From Takakia lepidozioides (lineage: Eukaryota; Plantae; Bryophyta): a stretch of DNA of 64,000 bases. This document shows positions 35,330 to 47,971 of this stretch, piece by piece. A program made the position numbers and the translations under genes. How positions within the stretch are numbered: position 1 is the first letter of the stretch; every line of letters begins with the position of its first letter. The stretch lies in NCBI GenBank assembly GCA_030704615.1, contig CM060733.1, forward strand, positions 54,808,001 to 54,872,000. Reading direction: 5' to 3'. Under the pieces are notes generated by a model. The model was not told the DNA's origin. It saw nothing but the letters and a program-made list of their open reading frames with translations, and searched no databases.

Positions 35330-38300
35330 CAATGAGTGTGTGTGAGAGAGAGAGAGAGAGAGAGGGAGATTGGCTCTTACTTGCTGCAAGCAGGGATGAC
35401 GTGGGAAGATGTAAAGACAGAGAGAAACCTGATATGGCGACCTTAAAACCCATGCTCCATATCCCCTTACCTCCTTTGCTTCTTAATTGTTCATTGATAA
35501 TTGTCATTTGGTTGCAGATGATCACAAGTACACTTCACGGTGAGCAGCTCATTTCACACTAAGGAATTGTCCAGTATTCTCACCAGAGCCAGGAACACAG
35601 CATAGGCTCAAAGGAAGTATTAGATGAATTGTTCGGGTTTGCTTGGTTCGGAAAGAGGCAATGACATCTGGTTCCTGCCGCTTGCTTGACATTGGCTGTT
35701 GAGGTTGGGCTAAGGCCGTCAAACGTGCATCTTGGTTGCATCTGTTACACTTTGAGGGTTGTTCTTCTGCCGGCATGCTTCCCTATCAGTATTTCTTACA
35801 CTGTTATGTATGGAGTCTGTAAAAGATATTACCTTTTGACCAATTTATACCTCTTTCAAGGTATCTTTTGACCAATTTAGATGACTAAACAGGCACTTTT
35901 GTAGATGCGCTGCTCTGGCAGAGTTGGTAGTTTATCAGTTTCCTCTTGTCATTTCCTGTTGCTACATTCAATCCCTTAGGTGAACATACCAATGATATCA
36001 ATTGCAGGGCAGGACAAGACAATGTTGTGGCTGAAGGTTTTCTGAAACAGCAGGGTGTGGAGGCAGGAAAGGCCGAGGCCATTTTGAGCATCATCACATA
36101 GTGAAATTGCAGCTCAACCCCAAGGGTCTTTCTCTCTTTTTCTTCTCTGAACTCTCTCTCTCTCCCTCCCTCCTTTTGACTCAACAGGAACTGGCACTGC
36201 AATGACAGCAACATTTCCTCCATCTATTGCAAAGTAGAAGGTAATACGAGCATTCCTGGAATCAAATACATGTTTCCTTTTAGCTTGATGCCAGTGCCAG
36301 CCCTCAAATCAACACTTAATTATATGTATGATATTGTTGCCAGCTGTGCATAAGGGCTGTGGTCATTTTGTGCTGTGTTGCATGTTCACTCGAAGTCTGA
36401 AACCCACAAGTTTGGGGGGTGTAGCACCCTGCAGGCGGTATGGCCTCTAGAACATGTCACAGCTATGTATGTATGTCATGTATTCACTCGCTCTTTCTCG
36501 TCTATGGCCACAAGGCTACAGCAAACAGCATCTCGTGAGTAAAATTTGCCCCAACCACAATGTTTATCCTCACACAAAGCAGGACTGAACAGGCTGATGA
36601 AACAAGACCTCAAGGAAATGCATATGATATATACACGGGGCCTCGCGTCAGCTCACCCCCAAACTCCATTCTATGAGGATGATCTCATTGGCATCAGAGA
36701 TGATGCCGTACTTCTTGTCTCTGCACTGGACTTCCAAAGTCTTCTTGCACAATCTCCTGATTGCAACAGCCAGATGGCTGAAAAAATATTGTGTGGTAAT
36801 AGGATTGGCCCAGCTTGCACTATGAAGAAGTGGACACAGAACATCATTTCTTTTTCTTGTGCTCCTTCCCACTGTATTATGAGACGAGGAAAATTCACCT
36901 GTGCTTCTTCCTTTCAGAGGCATGCAGTTACGAAGCCTATAAATTCTTGGCAGCTTAACCTCACAAGGCAATCTGCACTGACTTAGGTCTGGTTTTTCAG
37001 TGCTCCCGTTATACTGTGCACTCTTTTAAGCTGTCTTTCTTTCTCTCTCAAGCATTGGTTATCTTCAACCCTTGTCTGATACTGTGTATGACTTCGGTGG
37101 CCAGGGTTTAAGGAAGAGGTCGGAGGATCTCTCGGTGCCAAATGTTCACCAGAGTTTGCTGTTGTGCAAGATGCAGACCGTCTTGATGCCATGGGGGCTA
37201 TTGGTAAAACCTAATCCACATGAGTGTTGGCTAGAAAATTAGGAACCAAACAGTCCTCATTAAGGAAGCTAGTTCTTGCTGTACAGTGAGGGACACACTG
37301 GGAAGTAAAGTGTGCCTCTTTTACAAGGGCAAGAGGATAGAGATATTATAATCAGCATTGGTGCCCCCGTTCCCTTGATTGCACAGGGGAAATGGGAACC
37401 ATTGCAATTGGTATCTATCTTCTCTTTCTGGAAAACACTCTGGGGACTCCTGCTATGGTGTGTTTGTTGGGGGCTTCGTACACACTGGTATAAACCTCTA
37501 TGAAGAAAATGGTTGATCTGTTGTGGTGGGGATGTTAATGAGACGAACAGACATTGCAAGAGCATTCACATATGGGGGGAGTAGGAACCGTACGATGCAC
37601 GATCCTGCAAAAGCCCCGCGCACTGGCCTCACCAAGGCCCTATATGTGAGCAGTGATGTGCAGCAAGCTACTCTGAACCATTTTCACGAGAAGCTGCTCA
37701 AGCTGAAAGACCTTCTGAAAACAAAGGTAGTCCACATTCTGCTTGCAATTTGTGCTTGTGCATATGGAAGAAAGTGCTTTCATCCAATAGTGATTTTGCT
37801 GCTTGGTTGCATTTGATGTGTTCTTCTAATGCACTGGTGGTATAATTTGCAGGCGGGCAGGCAAAGAGCAGAAGGTAGGCACAGGTGCATGGAGGTGTTT
37901 TTGGAACAATTTCGTGGCGAATGGGAAGGAAAATTGTAACTGTATTTACCATAATACTCTTGAAGCAGGAGTTTGTCCACCCTCTCTCTCTCTCTCTCTC
38001 CCTTTAGAATGTCTAGAATGCATTCAAGTTGCGGCTCTCAAAGAGAGCATGTCAGCATGCTCTAGAACAGCTAACGTAGTTGTTGCGGGAAAGTTTGCCA
38101 TAACTCCCTTAAGCTCTCAAGGTGAGAACTCAAGGGCAGATGGTGGGGCCAGTTGAAGGAAGACTCTTGCCAAAACAAGCACAACTTATGGTGTCACTTC
38201 ACCCCATATAGCTACTGCTTTCCGTTTGGAACGGGGACACCTGTACCTGGGGATTGAACTTAGTTCCAAACTAAATTGTAATTAAACTGTAATTAAATTA

Positions 38301-38747
38301 ATTTTTGTCCTAGAACGTAGAAACTGGTCGAACAAGTACACTGCAGGGCATGGAAGTAGGAAATTCAAGGTTTTTCCCCCTGTAGTTGGCAAAGTACTTG
38401 GGAGGGTTGGTGTTTGTGACTTGGTCTTACGAAGCTGTGGTTAAACTGTGGCTGTTCAGCTGCACCCTGGTGGATTTCACAGACCAATTCAGGCTCTTCG
38501 GACGACTACAGACATGCAGCACACACAAGAGCTCCTTTGAATTGAGGGTTGGTTGAATCCTCCTAGGGTGAAAGAAAAGCCAGCTGCTTTCATGACACAA
38601 ACTCATGCACAATGTGGTGAGGGCACCTTCTTCTTCAACACGTTTAGACATGTTTTGTCCTCTTATGTGATATTTTTTATCATGGTTTTTCAAGTTAGCT
38701 CATTGAAAGGTTCTATGGCTTTTACTAGTGTATTTGACATTTTATAG

Positions 38748-41700
38748 CCAAGGGGGTTGCAGGCAAATGTCAGAAAATGGACATGCCAGAGGAGGAGATG
38801 CTTTGGAAGGGGTATTTCTCAGAACCCATTCAATGGTGGAACAATCAGTGCATAAAGGTGAATGCCTCTTATGTTGCAGCAGAAGCAAAAGGAGACAGCA
38901 AGATGCATTCAAAAACTTTCTTGCAAAGTGTCATCCTCCCTCTCCACCCAATTCATTTGTAAAGTCTTGTCAGCAATTCAGCATACAACCCAGTGTAAGG
39001 TAACTACGGTTGTGGTGTTTGCTAGATAGATTCTAGGTAGTCATTGGCAGCAATGGGGAAGGCTCTATGCTGTCAAGGCAGAGGGTATCTGAAGGAGAGA
39101 AGGATAGAGTGTGGGTCCAGATCTGTCCAAGAGAGCCAGATTTCAAGCACAACAGTACCAATGAGCCACTCTCAATTGAAAACCACAAGAAACCTGCATG
39201 GGTAGTTGGTCAACTGGATAGTGCAGCAGCACAGTTGGTAGAACCAGGCGCATCCTCCATGACCACTGCTTCCAGAAGAGGACCAAGAGAGGGAGTCCAT
39301 AGGATCTTTTCTGGCAATTGTGGGCATGTGAGGTCACCATGTGAGGCAGGAAAACTGAAAGAGGCTCTCGCCTTCTTGAACCTTGGAGGTATTTCGGCAG
39401 ACTCCGATATGTATGTCTGTCTCTTGCATAAGTGCATCAAGATGAAACGCCTGGCAGTGGGAAAGCAGGTGCATGCCCACATGATCAGAAGTAAATTCAA
39501 GCCAGACGTGTTTCTGCACAACACACTTTTGAACATGTATGTCAAGTGCGGGAGTATAGAGGATGCATACAGTGTGTTTGGCAACATGGCTGAACGAAGT
39601 AAGTTTTCATGGACTATAATGGTGGCGGGTTATACTAAGCATGGGTATGGTAAAAAAGCGCTGGAGACCTATGAGCAAATGATACAGGAAGGGGTGAAGC
39701 CTGACCAGGTCACATTTGTTTGCGTTCTCAAGGCATGTGCGAGCTTGGCAGCCTTAGAAAAGGGCAAACAGGTCCATGCTGACATTATGAAAGCTGGAAT
39801 TGTAACAAATTTGATTCTGAACACTACCCTTGTGGACATGTATGCCAAATGCAGGAGCATTGAGGTTGCAAAGGACGTGTTTGACAATATGGCTGAATGA
39901 AATGTGGTCTCATGGACTTCAATGATCTCAGGATATAACCAGCAGGGAAGTGGGGTGGAGGCTTTGGAGACTTATGAGCAGATGATGTGGGAAGGGGTGA
40001 AGCCGAACCGGGTCACATTCCTTTGTGTTTGCAATGTGTGTGCAAGCCTGGCAACCCTGGAAAAAGGAAAACAGGTCCATGCTGACATCATGAGAGCTGG
40101 AATTGTACCAGATGTCATGCTGGACAATACCCTTGTGGACATGTATGCCAAATGTGGCAGCATGGAGGATGCAAAGGGAGTGTTTGACAATATGGCAGAA
40201 CGAGATGTTGTCTCATGGACTTCAATCATCGCAGGATATGTCCAGCATGGGAGGGAGATGGAGGCTTTGGAGACCTATGAGCAAATGGTGTGGGAAGGGG
40301 TGAAGCCAGATCAGGTCACGTTCGTTTGCGCTTGCAATGCGTGTGCGAGCCTGGCAGCTCCAGAAAAGGGCAAACTGGTCCATGATGACATCATGAAAGC
40401 TGGGATTGTACCAGATTTCGTTCTGTACAATACCCTTGTGGACATGTATGCCAAATGCGGGAACATGGAGGATGCAAAGGGAGTGTTCAATGATATGTCT
40501 GAACGAGATGTGGTCTCATGGAGTGCAATGATCGCAGGATATGTCCAGCATGGGTGTGGGACAGAGGCTTTGGAGACTTACGAGCAAATGATGCAGGAAG
40601 GGGTTAAGCCCAACGAGGTGACGTTTGTATCCGTTTGCAATGCATGTTCCAGCCTGGCAGCCTTGGAAAAGGGCAAACAGGTCCATGTTGACATTATGAA
40701 AGCTGGAATTTTACCAAATAGCATCTTGGAAAACACCCTTGTGAGCATGTATGCCAAATGCAGGAGCATGAAGGATGCGAAGGAAGTATTCAACAACATG
40801 CTTGTACAAGATGTACTTTCGTGGAATGCGATGATTGCAGGATATGCCCAGCATGGGTTTGGTCTGGAGGCTTTTGAGACCTATGCGCAAATGATGCAGG
40901 AAGGGGTGAACCCTGACCAGGTCACATTCGTCTGCCTTTGCAATGTGTGCTCCAGCCTGGCAGCTCTGGAGAAGGGCAAAGATATCCATGCTGACATTAC
41001 GAAAGCTGGAATTGTACCAAATATCATTCTGGACAACACCCTTGTGGACATGTATGCCAAATGTGGGAGCATGGAGGATGCAAAGGTTTGATAATATGGC
41101 TCAACGAGATGTGGTGTCATGGAATGCGATGATCGAAGGATATGCCCAGCATGGCTGCAGGATGGAGGCTCTGGAAAGTTATGAGCAAATGATGCAGAAA
41201 GGGGTGAAACCCAACCAGGTCACGTTTGTGTGTGTCTGCAATGCTTGTGCCAGCTTGGCATCCTTGGGGAAGGGCAAAGACGTTCATGCTGACATTAAAA
41301 GAGCTGGAATCGTACCCAATCTCATTCTGGAGAATACCCTTGTGAACATGTATGCCAAATGTGGGAGCATTGAGGGAGCAAAGGGAGTCTTCGACAGTAT
41401 GACCGAACAAGATGTGGTGTCATGGAGTGCAATGATTGCAGGATATGCCCAACATGGTCATTATAAGGAGGCCCTGCAGCTATTTGAAGGAATGCAGAAC
41501 AAAGGCTTGAAGCCGGACAGTATCACCTTTATATGTGTTCTCTCTGCATGTAGCCATGGTTGCCTAGTGGATGAAGGTAAACATTACTTCGAATCCCTCA
41601 GCCAAGATCATACCCTTACTCCTACAGTGGAGCACTTTGGCTGCATGGTGGACCTCTTTGGGCGTGCAGGAAGATTGGATGAGGCGGAGGACTTCATTAA

Positions 41701-42288
41701 CAAAATGCCAATCGAACCATGGCAATGTGGAGGTGGCAGAACGTACAGCAAAAGTTCTTCTCAAGTGGGATCCACAGGACGCTGGAACTTATGTGTTGCT
41801 GTCAAATATCTAAGCTGCAGCTGGCAGGTGGGATGATACTGCAAATTGAGAAAAATGATGAAGGCTAGAGGTATCAGAAAGGAATCAGGTCGCTGCTGCA
41901 TTGAGGTGGGCAATGGGTTGCACAGCTTTGTTGCAGATGACAAAATGCATCCACAAATTGAGGAAATCTATGATGAGCTGAGAAGATTGTCTGGACAGAT
42001 GGGCCAGGGTACATACCTGACACGCGCTTTGTATTGCATAATGTGGAGGAGAAGCACAAGGAATTTTCTCTTTGCCACCACAGCGAGAAACTGGCTGTTG
42101 CCTTTGGGCTGATCAGCACGGCCCCTGGGACACCTCTCCGTATCTTAAAGAACCTTGGGGTGTGTGGTGACTGCCACACGGCCATCAAGTTCATCTCCAA
42201 AATTGTTGGGCGAGCAATTGTTGTACGGGATGCCAACCGCTTTCACGTGTTCAAAGATGGGTTTTGTTCTTGTGGGGAGTATTGGTGA
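38748..42288 (+). pseudogene. PPR gene B: PDF motif + PLS array + E/E+ + DYW deaminase domain, disrupted
   Basis: Exon 38748-38857 spliced to 39121 onward; ~6 PLS triplets; KESGRCCIEV (PG-box-like), HSEKLA, CGDCH, CSCGEYW*; stops at 39898 and 41811, frameshifts ~41087, ~41719, ~42000. Confidence 0.93.
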
Positions 42289-44170
42289 AATGATGTGAGT
42301 GTCTTGCTTCATTCATTACAACTACAGAGCCGCATGGTCCATCCAGACTTCCCTAGGAATGTCATCTATGACCAACTGTTGAGGGCATTTCCTCTCCGCA
42401 CTTCTAGTGACCAATTGTGAAAACAATGTTCCTTTTGGAAATATATTTTATGCAAATAACAGTAGGAACAATGTAAAAAGATAACATATGCATATGATTT
42501 GACGATACTTCTGCTGGATTTAGGCAGCGTGGGCTCCTTTGGCAGGTCCTTTGTCAAATCTTCCCCACCTTGTCTTACCACAAATTCATTATTAAATACT
42601 TTAGAATGCGAGAGATTCTCAGACAATGATGAGTACCCTTTTGGTAAGGTGATGGTAATGGAGGAAAGTTGGAAGAGTCTCAGATGACCATGGAGAAGAA
42701 CTTTAGCCTCAAAATGATGGTAAAAAACTGCAGAGAGAGCATGTCGGGCTACCCAAGCATACCACAAGCAACAGCTTGACCCTCTCTCCACAATGTGAGA
42801 CGACTGTTTCAGAACAGGTTGTGATCCGTCTATTCACCCTCTTTTCTATCCAATAGGACACATAGTGATAATAGCTTGGCAAAACTTTTGTATAGCAATG
42901 AAACAACATTTTGTTGCATCGGAACAATGGCGAGTTATGACGACTTTGGAGCGAAGCGCAGCTACACCAATGGTGCAGAGTTAGTTGGAGATGAGTTATA
43001 AGTTCAATGATCCAGTGACAAGGTCAAAGACCCACAGAAGTACCGACATTTTCCAGGGAAGCAACAAAATTAAAAATCAACATCCTTTAGACAAGGATAC
43101 AAGCATAGTATGTAGTATTGGCCATCCTGAAAAAGATAGGTGATTGACTCTTAGTTACACCGGCTTTGGTCAAAGTCTCTATGTGTCTCTCTTGATATGT
43201 CGATCCGGATTCATTATATGGCTAGAGCTAGTTTGAGGTGTATGCTAATCATAAGTTAACATAATTATTAATATAAACAATAAACAATATTATAACTCGA
43301 ATATTTAAATAATTATATTTAATATGTCATTATTATGAAATTAATCATTAATTTAGAATAATAAAATAATTATTGGTCTTAAATTAAGTCATCTGTCTAG
43401 AATGACTTTTTATATTCTATTTTAAAGAAATCACCTTGGAGTGACCTCTCCTACATTAGGCCTAAGAGAAAAAATATATCATCTTTCAAAGTAACCTCGC
43501 CATGAGGCACCAAGTTTAAGCCTCAAGAGACACCACCCATGGAAAGGGAGAACTCACCTGAAAAACTATCCAATATAAATTCACTTGCCTGCTAGTGGTA
43601 GATCAAATTTCATAAAACCACCAAAATTGGGGAGAATTAATTTTGAGCCATTTTGTTGTTGAGTCTTGAACATGGTAAAAATTACTAAGAAATGACTAGT
43701 ATATCAATGACATTCTATCGACACAAAATTTGATGATGGAGTTTGTAAACTCACTAGTACTTATCATCCAATTATGTTTTTGGGTGTAGCTAATTAAAAT
43801 TGGCAAGGTTCAATACCTTCTAATTCATTGAGAAATATTTGTCCCTAATATTCTTATAAGTAATAGATAAGTTGTGATGCACTTATTGGTTCTTTGGAAG
43901 CTTACTGGTTTGTGTTTTTCTTTTGGAAATCACAAAACAAGACCTTGGTTACTTGGGATTGTTGAGGGGAAATCAATCAAAACCCCAATTACACCACAGA
44001 GCACACTCCACCAGCGAGGGAAGAACCAACAAACTAAAGACCACCCCAAAGGTGAAGGAGTGTTGGTTATTTATTTTAAAACATGGTTCCATTGGTTAAA
44101 TTATTTTAACTAGCTCTACAAAAGTTATAATTTAAATGTTTACCTTTGGTGCATATGAAACAAAAACTTA

Positions 44171-44714
44171 TCAATATTAAGCAACGTAGTTTGTTTTGTT
44201 TTGTCTCCCAACCCGCAAAACCTCTCCCCGGGTTCTTAATACTGCTGCTGAGCCCTCGATGAGTAGGAATGCATCAAGGTGGTTTCATAATTTTTGGACC
44301 TACGATGTAGGAGATCTTGAATTTCAAGTGTTTTTCATCACTGAAAATTCATGAAAAGTACAATACTTTGTGCTCAACGGCACATGCCACACTAGTTAAT
44401 ATAATAAGCAAGGTAGGTTGTTTGTTTTGTTTTGTTTGTCATGTTGAGATCTCCCAAACCACAAGGCCTCAACCCGGTTCTTAATACCGCTGAAAAGTCC
44501 TCCCTGATCGAGGTGGTTTCATAATTTTGGACCTACGGTGTGGGAGATATTGAATTTCAAGTATTTTTGCTCACTGAAAATTCATGAAATATAGCAAATT
44601 GGGTTTTTCTGATGTATTAGCCCTTCATTTTTCTTTGTCAATCATAAGTGTAAATACATATATATGTAGTAAAACGACAATACAAAATGTTTTCAACAGC
44701 ACATGGCACACTAG
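44171..44714 (+). mobile_element. Two tandem non-autonomous Helitron-like elements
   Basis: Two related copies (44171-44395, ~44397-44714), each ending GCACATG.CACACTAG followed by T; first starts A|TC and has GGCACATGCC hairpin before CTAG. Confidence 0.62.
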
Positions 44715-45092
44715 TTCTTTTGAATTTTAGATATCAATATAAGGACTTGATTTTATCCACAAAATTACTCTTGTATATGTTGTGATATTTTAATTAATAG
44801 TAAATTTTGATCTAGTCATAATAAAAATCATTGAATAATTATTTAAAAAAATCGTCTCAAACTAATTTTTAAGGATTTGTAGTTTACAATGTCAAACTTC
44901 AACAAAGCTTTTCAAAAATAAATATAACTACTTAACTTAATTATAATAAATTTTTGAGAAAAATGTTGATCTCAGTTCACCTAATTAGTACATCTCATTC
45001 TCCCTTTATCTCTTTCTTTTAATCTGAATACAATTCCAATTCGGCGTTCATTTTTGTTGGAGATCGCCAATGGAACTTCATGCACCAAGACT

Positions 45093-47076
45093 CTAAGTGA
45101 ACTTCATTGGTATGACAAAGGCTGGCTGGTTAGCACGATCCATAGTGGGAGCGAAGCTTGCTACTTTTTGAGCTTGTTCAAGGAGTATTGAAGGTGGAGT
45201 GGCAGTTGTAGCTCCACTGGTCCATTTGCTTTTCTCAAATTTTCCTTCCAATGTGGCTTTAGATTTGAAGAATACATACTTCCCGACTCCATTAGGTTTG
45301 TTCTTTGCAAATGTACCTTCATAGATGTCACCATTTCGAAAAATCCATCGACCCGTAACAAAGCTTCCTTGGGCCCAATCACCCATGAACTGCCATAGTA
45401 AGATGAAAAGAGTTCAATTAAATAAAGTGTATGTCATATAGTTCTATAAATTATATTTAGTTTCCTACATTCTAAGTTCTATGGGGCCGGTCCTTATGGC
45501 TTGAACTACATAGTTGTTCATTTGCATTCATTGTCTTTAATAGAACATTTTTTACCCCTTCTATATTCATTGTGTGCTCATAGCACCTCTCGTAGCAAAA
45601 TATCAAAACCACTTATCAAAAGGGTTTGATGAATATCTTATATTATTGAACCCAATGAATGAAATCCAACCACGAACTTAAGAATATCCATTTAATGTAT
45701 CATATAACGAATAATGTATTAAGTGTTGAACTAGAATAAATACTTTGGGGTAGAATGTTAATCATGTTCATGGATTTGCTAATTAATCTTATGTTATGTT
45801 GAGGAGAGAATTGCAATATCTATACTTGAGAAAAGCTAACTTTGAAAAGGTAAATGCCAGCTCCATGGCGCAAATTGTCTTTCCACTCCCCCTTGTATAT
45901 GTCACCATTTGCATATGTATATAGTCCTGCTCCATGTTTTTTATCTTGGTACCATGCACCTTTTGTCATACAAATCTCTCATGGGTCAATCTTCTTCATG
46001 ATCTCTAGGTTATGTGAGCTTTCTATAGACAAACACTTTTTATTTGTTAATTTTTTTTTCCTTTCTTTCTTGTATGTTTACTTTCTTACCAATTCACTTT
46101 TGATATAGAGTTTATGTTAGCTTCCTATCGATTATAAAAAATAACATTATAACAAATTTTTTTTCTCTCTCTCAAAATAAGAATGAGAAACAAAACCTAT
46201 ACCTTCATAAGTGCTTTTGTCTGGATACTTCATCAAACCGTATCCACTCTTTTGATTTTGAGAATAATGCCCTTCAAATATTGCTCCATTTTTAAAGGTG
46301 TATTTTGCTTGGCCGTTTCTTTTCCCATCAATATAAGGACCTTCATAAGTGTCCCCATTAAGATAGGTAGCTTTTCCAGTTCCCACCGGTAGATATTCCA
46401 AAATCTCTCCTGACCAGATAAATTCCTATCATCGAAATGTAAAGCATAATTTAGGGATTGTTTTTATAAATAAAAAGTTATTTTGGATGCTCAATAATAT
46501 TAGGAGCCTTCACGAATTAATTTTTTACAATGTCTTATATACATGAAACTTTAATAGTGCAATTGTCAGTAAAAGTTTCATTAGCAAAATAATCAAAGAG
46601 GCTTGCGGTGAGATCATTGTATGTCATTTAAACCAAAATTTGACTAAAGTCTAGTTAACATCTACATGTTTAGCTTTTAAAGAATTCACTTGACTTCATA
46701 AAGTACAAGCTCAATATAGAAATCAGAGTCACATCAATAAATGAAGTTCATGAAAAACTTAAAGTACCCAATTTTACACTATTGTGGAAAGTTCTATGAT
46801 GTGTTATCTCTCTTTCATCCCTACCTCCAAACTACCAGCTACGTCACTTTAAAGTTATTGGTTTTGCTTGTAGTATTTGAAATCCAAGCAACCATCATTA
46901 TTAATTGATAAAGCTGATGTTGGCCAGCTAGGTACCCAACTGTGCCGCAACTCATCTACAATGTCATATGAGTTTATAGAAATTCTGTTGAAGGACAAGC
47001 AAGATAGACATACAGGTACAGGTTCCTCCTCGTCACCCTCTTCCCTTTCTTCCTCCTCGTCTTCTTCATCCAACAT
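45093..47076 (-). CDS. RSPH1: MORN-repeat protein, radial spoke head 1 homologue-like (flagellar)
   Basis: Exons 47076-47014, 46425-46203, 45959-45826, 45389-45093 in frame: acidic N-terminus then YLNGDTYEGPYIDGKRNGQAKY, YPDKSTYE/GAW, YANGDIYKGEW, GDWAQG..TGRWIFRNGDIYEG MORN repeats; AT-rich locus. Confidence 0.75.
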
Positions 47077-47971
47077 GATAGTACCCTTTCTCTTCCCCTC
47101 TCCCTTCAACTGATCTTATTTGTTATCTATTGGCACATTGCAAATTATTGTACATCGCACAAGATAAAATATTAGGATTCAGAACATGGAAAGAGATTAT
47201 ACAAATTATGGAAAAAAACAAGTTGAGGTCCACCCCATTTCCATGAAGAGAGATAAGAAAGAAATCATCTTTAAGTTTTATTTGTGAGTGCATGGTTTTT
47301 TATCTTTCCAGAAAAGTTTCATTAAGTACTCTCAACCGCCTACATGCTCACCATTCATTTGTGTTTTAAATGTGAATAACTTTTCATCCAATGACTAAAG
47401 AAAAATTGATATGTTATAGTTCCATCTCGTCTCTTGTTTAATTGGCTTTAAACGTCTAAAGAGATTCCAACGATGATAAAAAAAATAAGTTGCTATAAGA
47501 TTTACCATGTAAATTTGGTTTTGATCAAACTTGATACATGTTTATTCGGAGTATGTCTAAAACCAATAACAATTTAGGCAAATAATGATGTTTATGCAAG
47601 TGTACTGCCATGTTTGTCGACTTCATTGAAGGCTTGGAACCAATAGTTCTCTAGACCGCTTGAAGCTATTATCTGTACCACCACTCAGAGGAAGCACAAG
47701 CCAGATAGTGAAAATCCACCTAGGTCTTCCCGAGGTTGATGTTGCTTTGTACCTTACAGTGTTGTGCTGGCCTAGAGGTTGGGCCCTATATGAACATTTG
47801 CAAGGATTGTGCAAGGAAAACATAGTGCAGCTCAATCAAAAATGGTCCTCAGTGACCACAAGTTAAGATCAACCTTCTTTGAGTACATACCTTACTAAAA
47901 TAAATCATTGATAATCTCAAAAAGTTGTTGAAGAGTCAGAAAACCTTTTATTCAAATGCAACATCACATCG

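Larger units (their letters stand above)
34589..37939 (+). pseudogene. HD-domain metal-dependent phosphohydrolase (YedJ/YpgQ-like), 5'-truncated and disrupted
   Basis: Exons ~34589-34607, 35518-35539, 36008-~36099 (ends in TAG, donor lost), 37105-37203, 37551-37726, 37853-37939: LLHDI/DDHKY...VVQDADRLDAMGAI/DIARAFTYGGSRNR..HDP...NHFHEKLLKLKDLLKTK/AGRQRAEGRH..ME.FL..F..EW. Confidence 0.88.

Noticed and set aside
39898-39900. TGA in PPR gene B as a stop repaired by U-to-C editing
   Set aside because: Nuclear gene with additional frameshifts; CGA>TGA is ordinary CpG decay
41870-42288. U-to-C (DYW:KP) type editing domain
   Set aside because: Has a PG-box-like KESGRCCIEV, HSEKLA and an EYW end, matching the C-to-U type
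42600-43020. Possible hAT transposase fragment
   Set aside because: Only vague similarity; no diagnostic motif I can support
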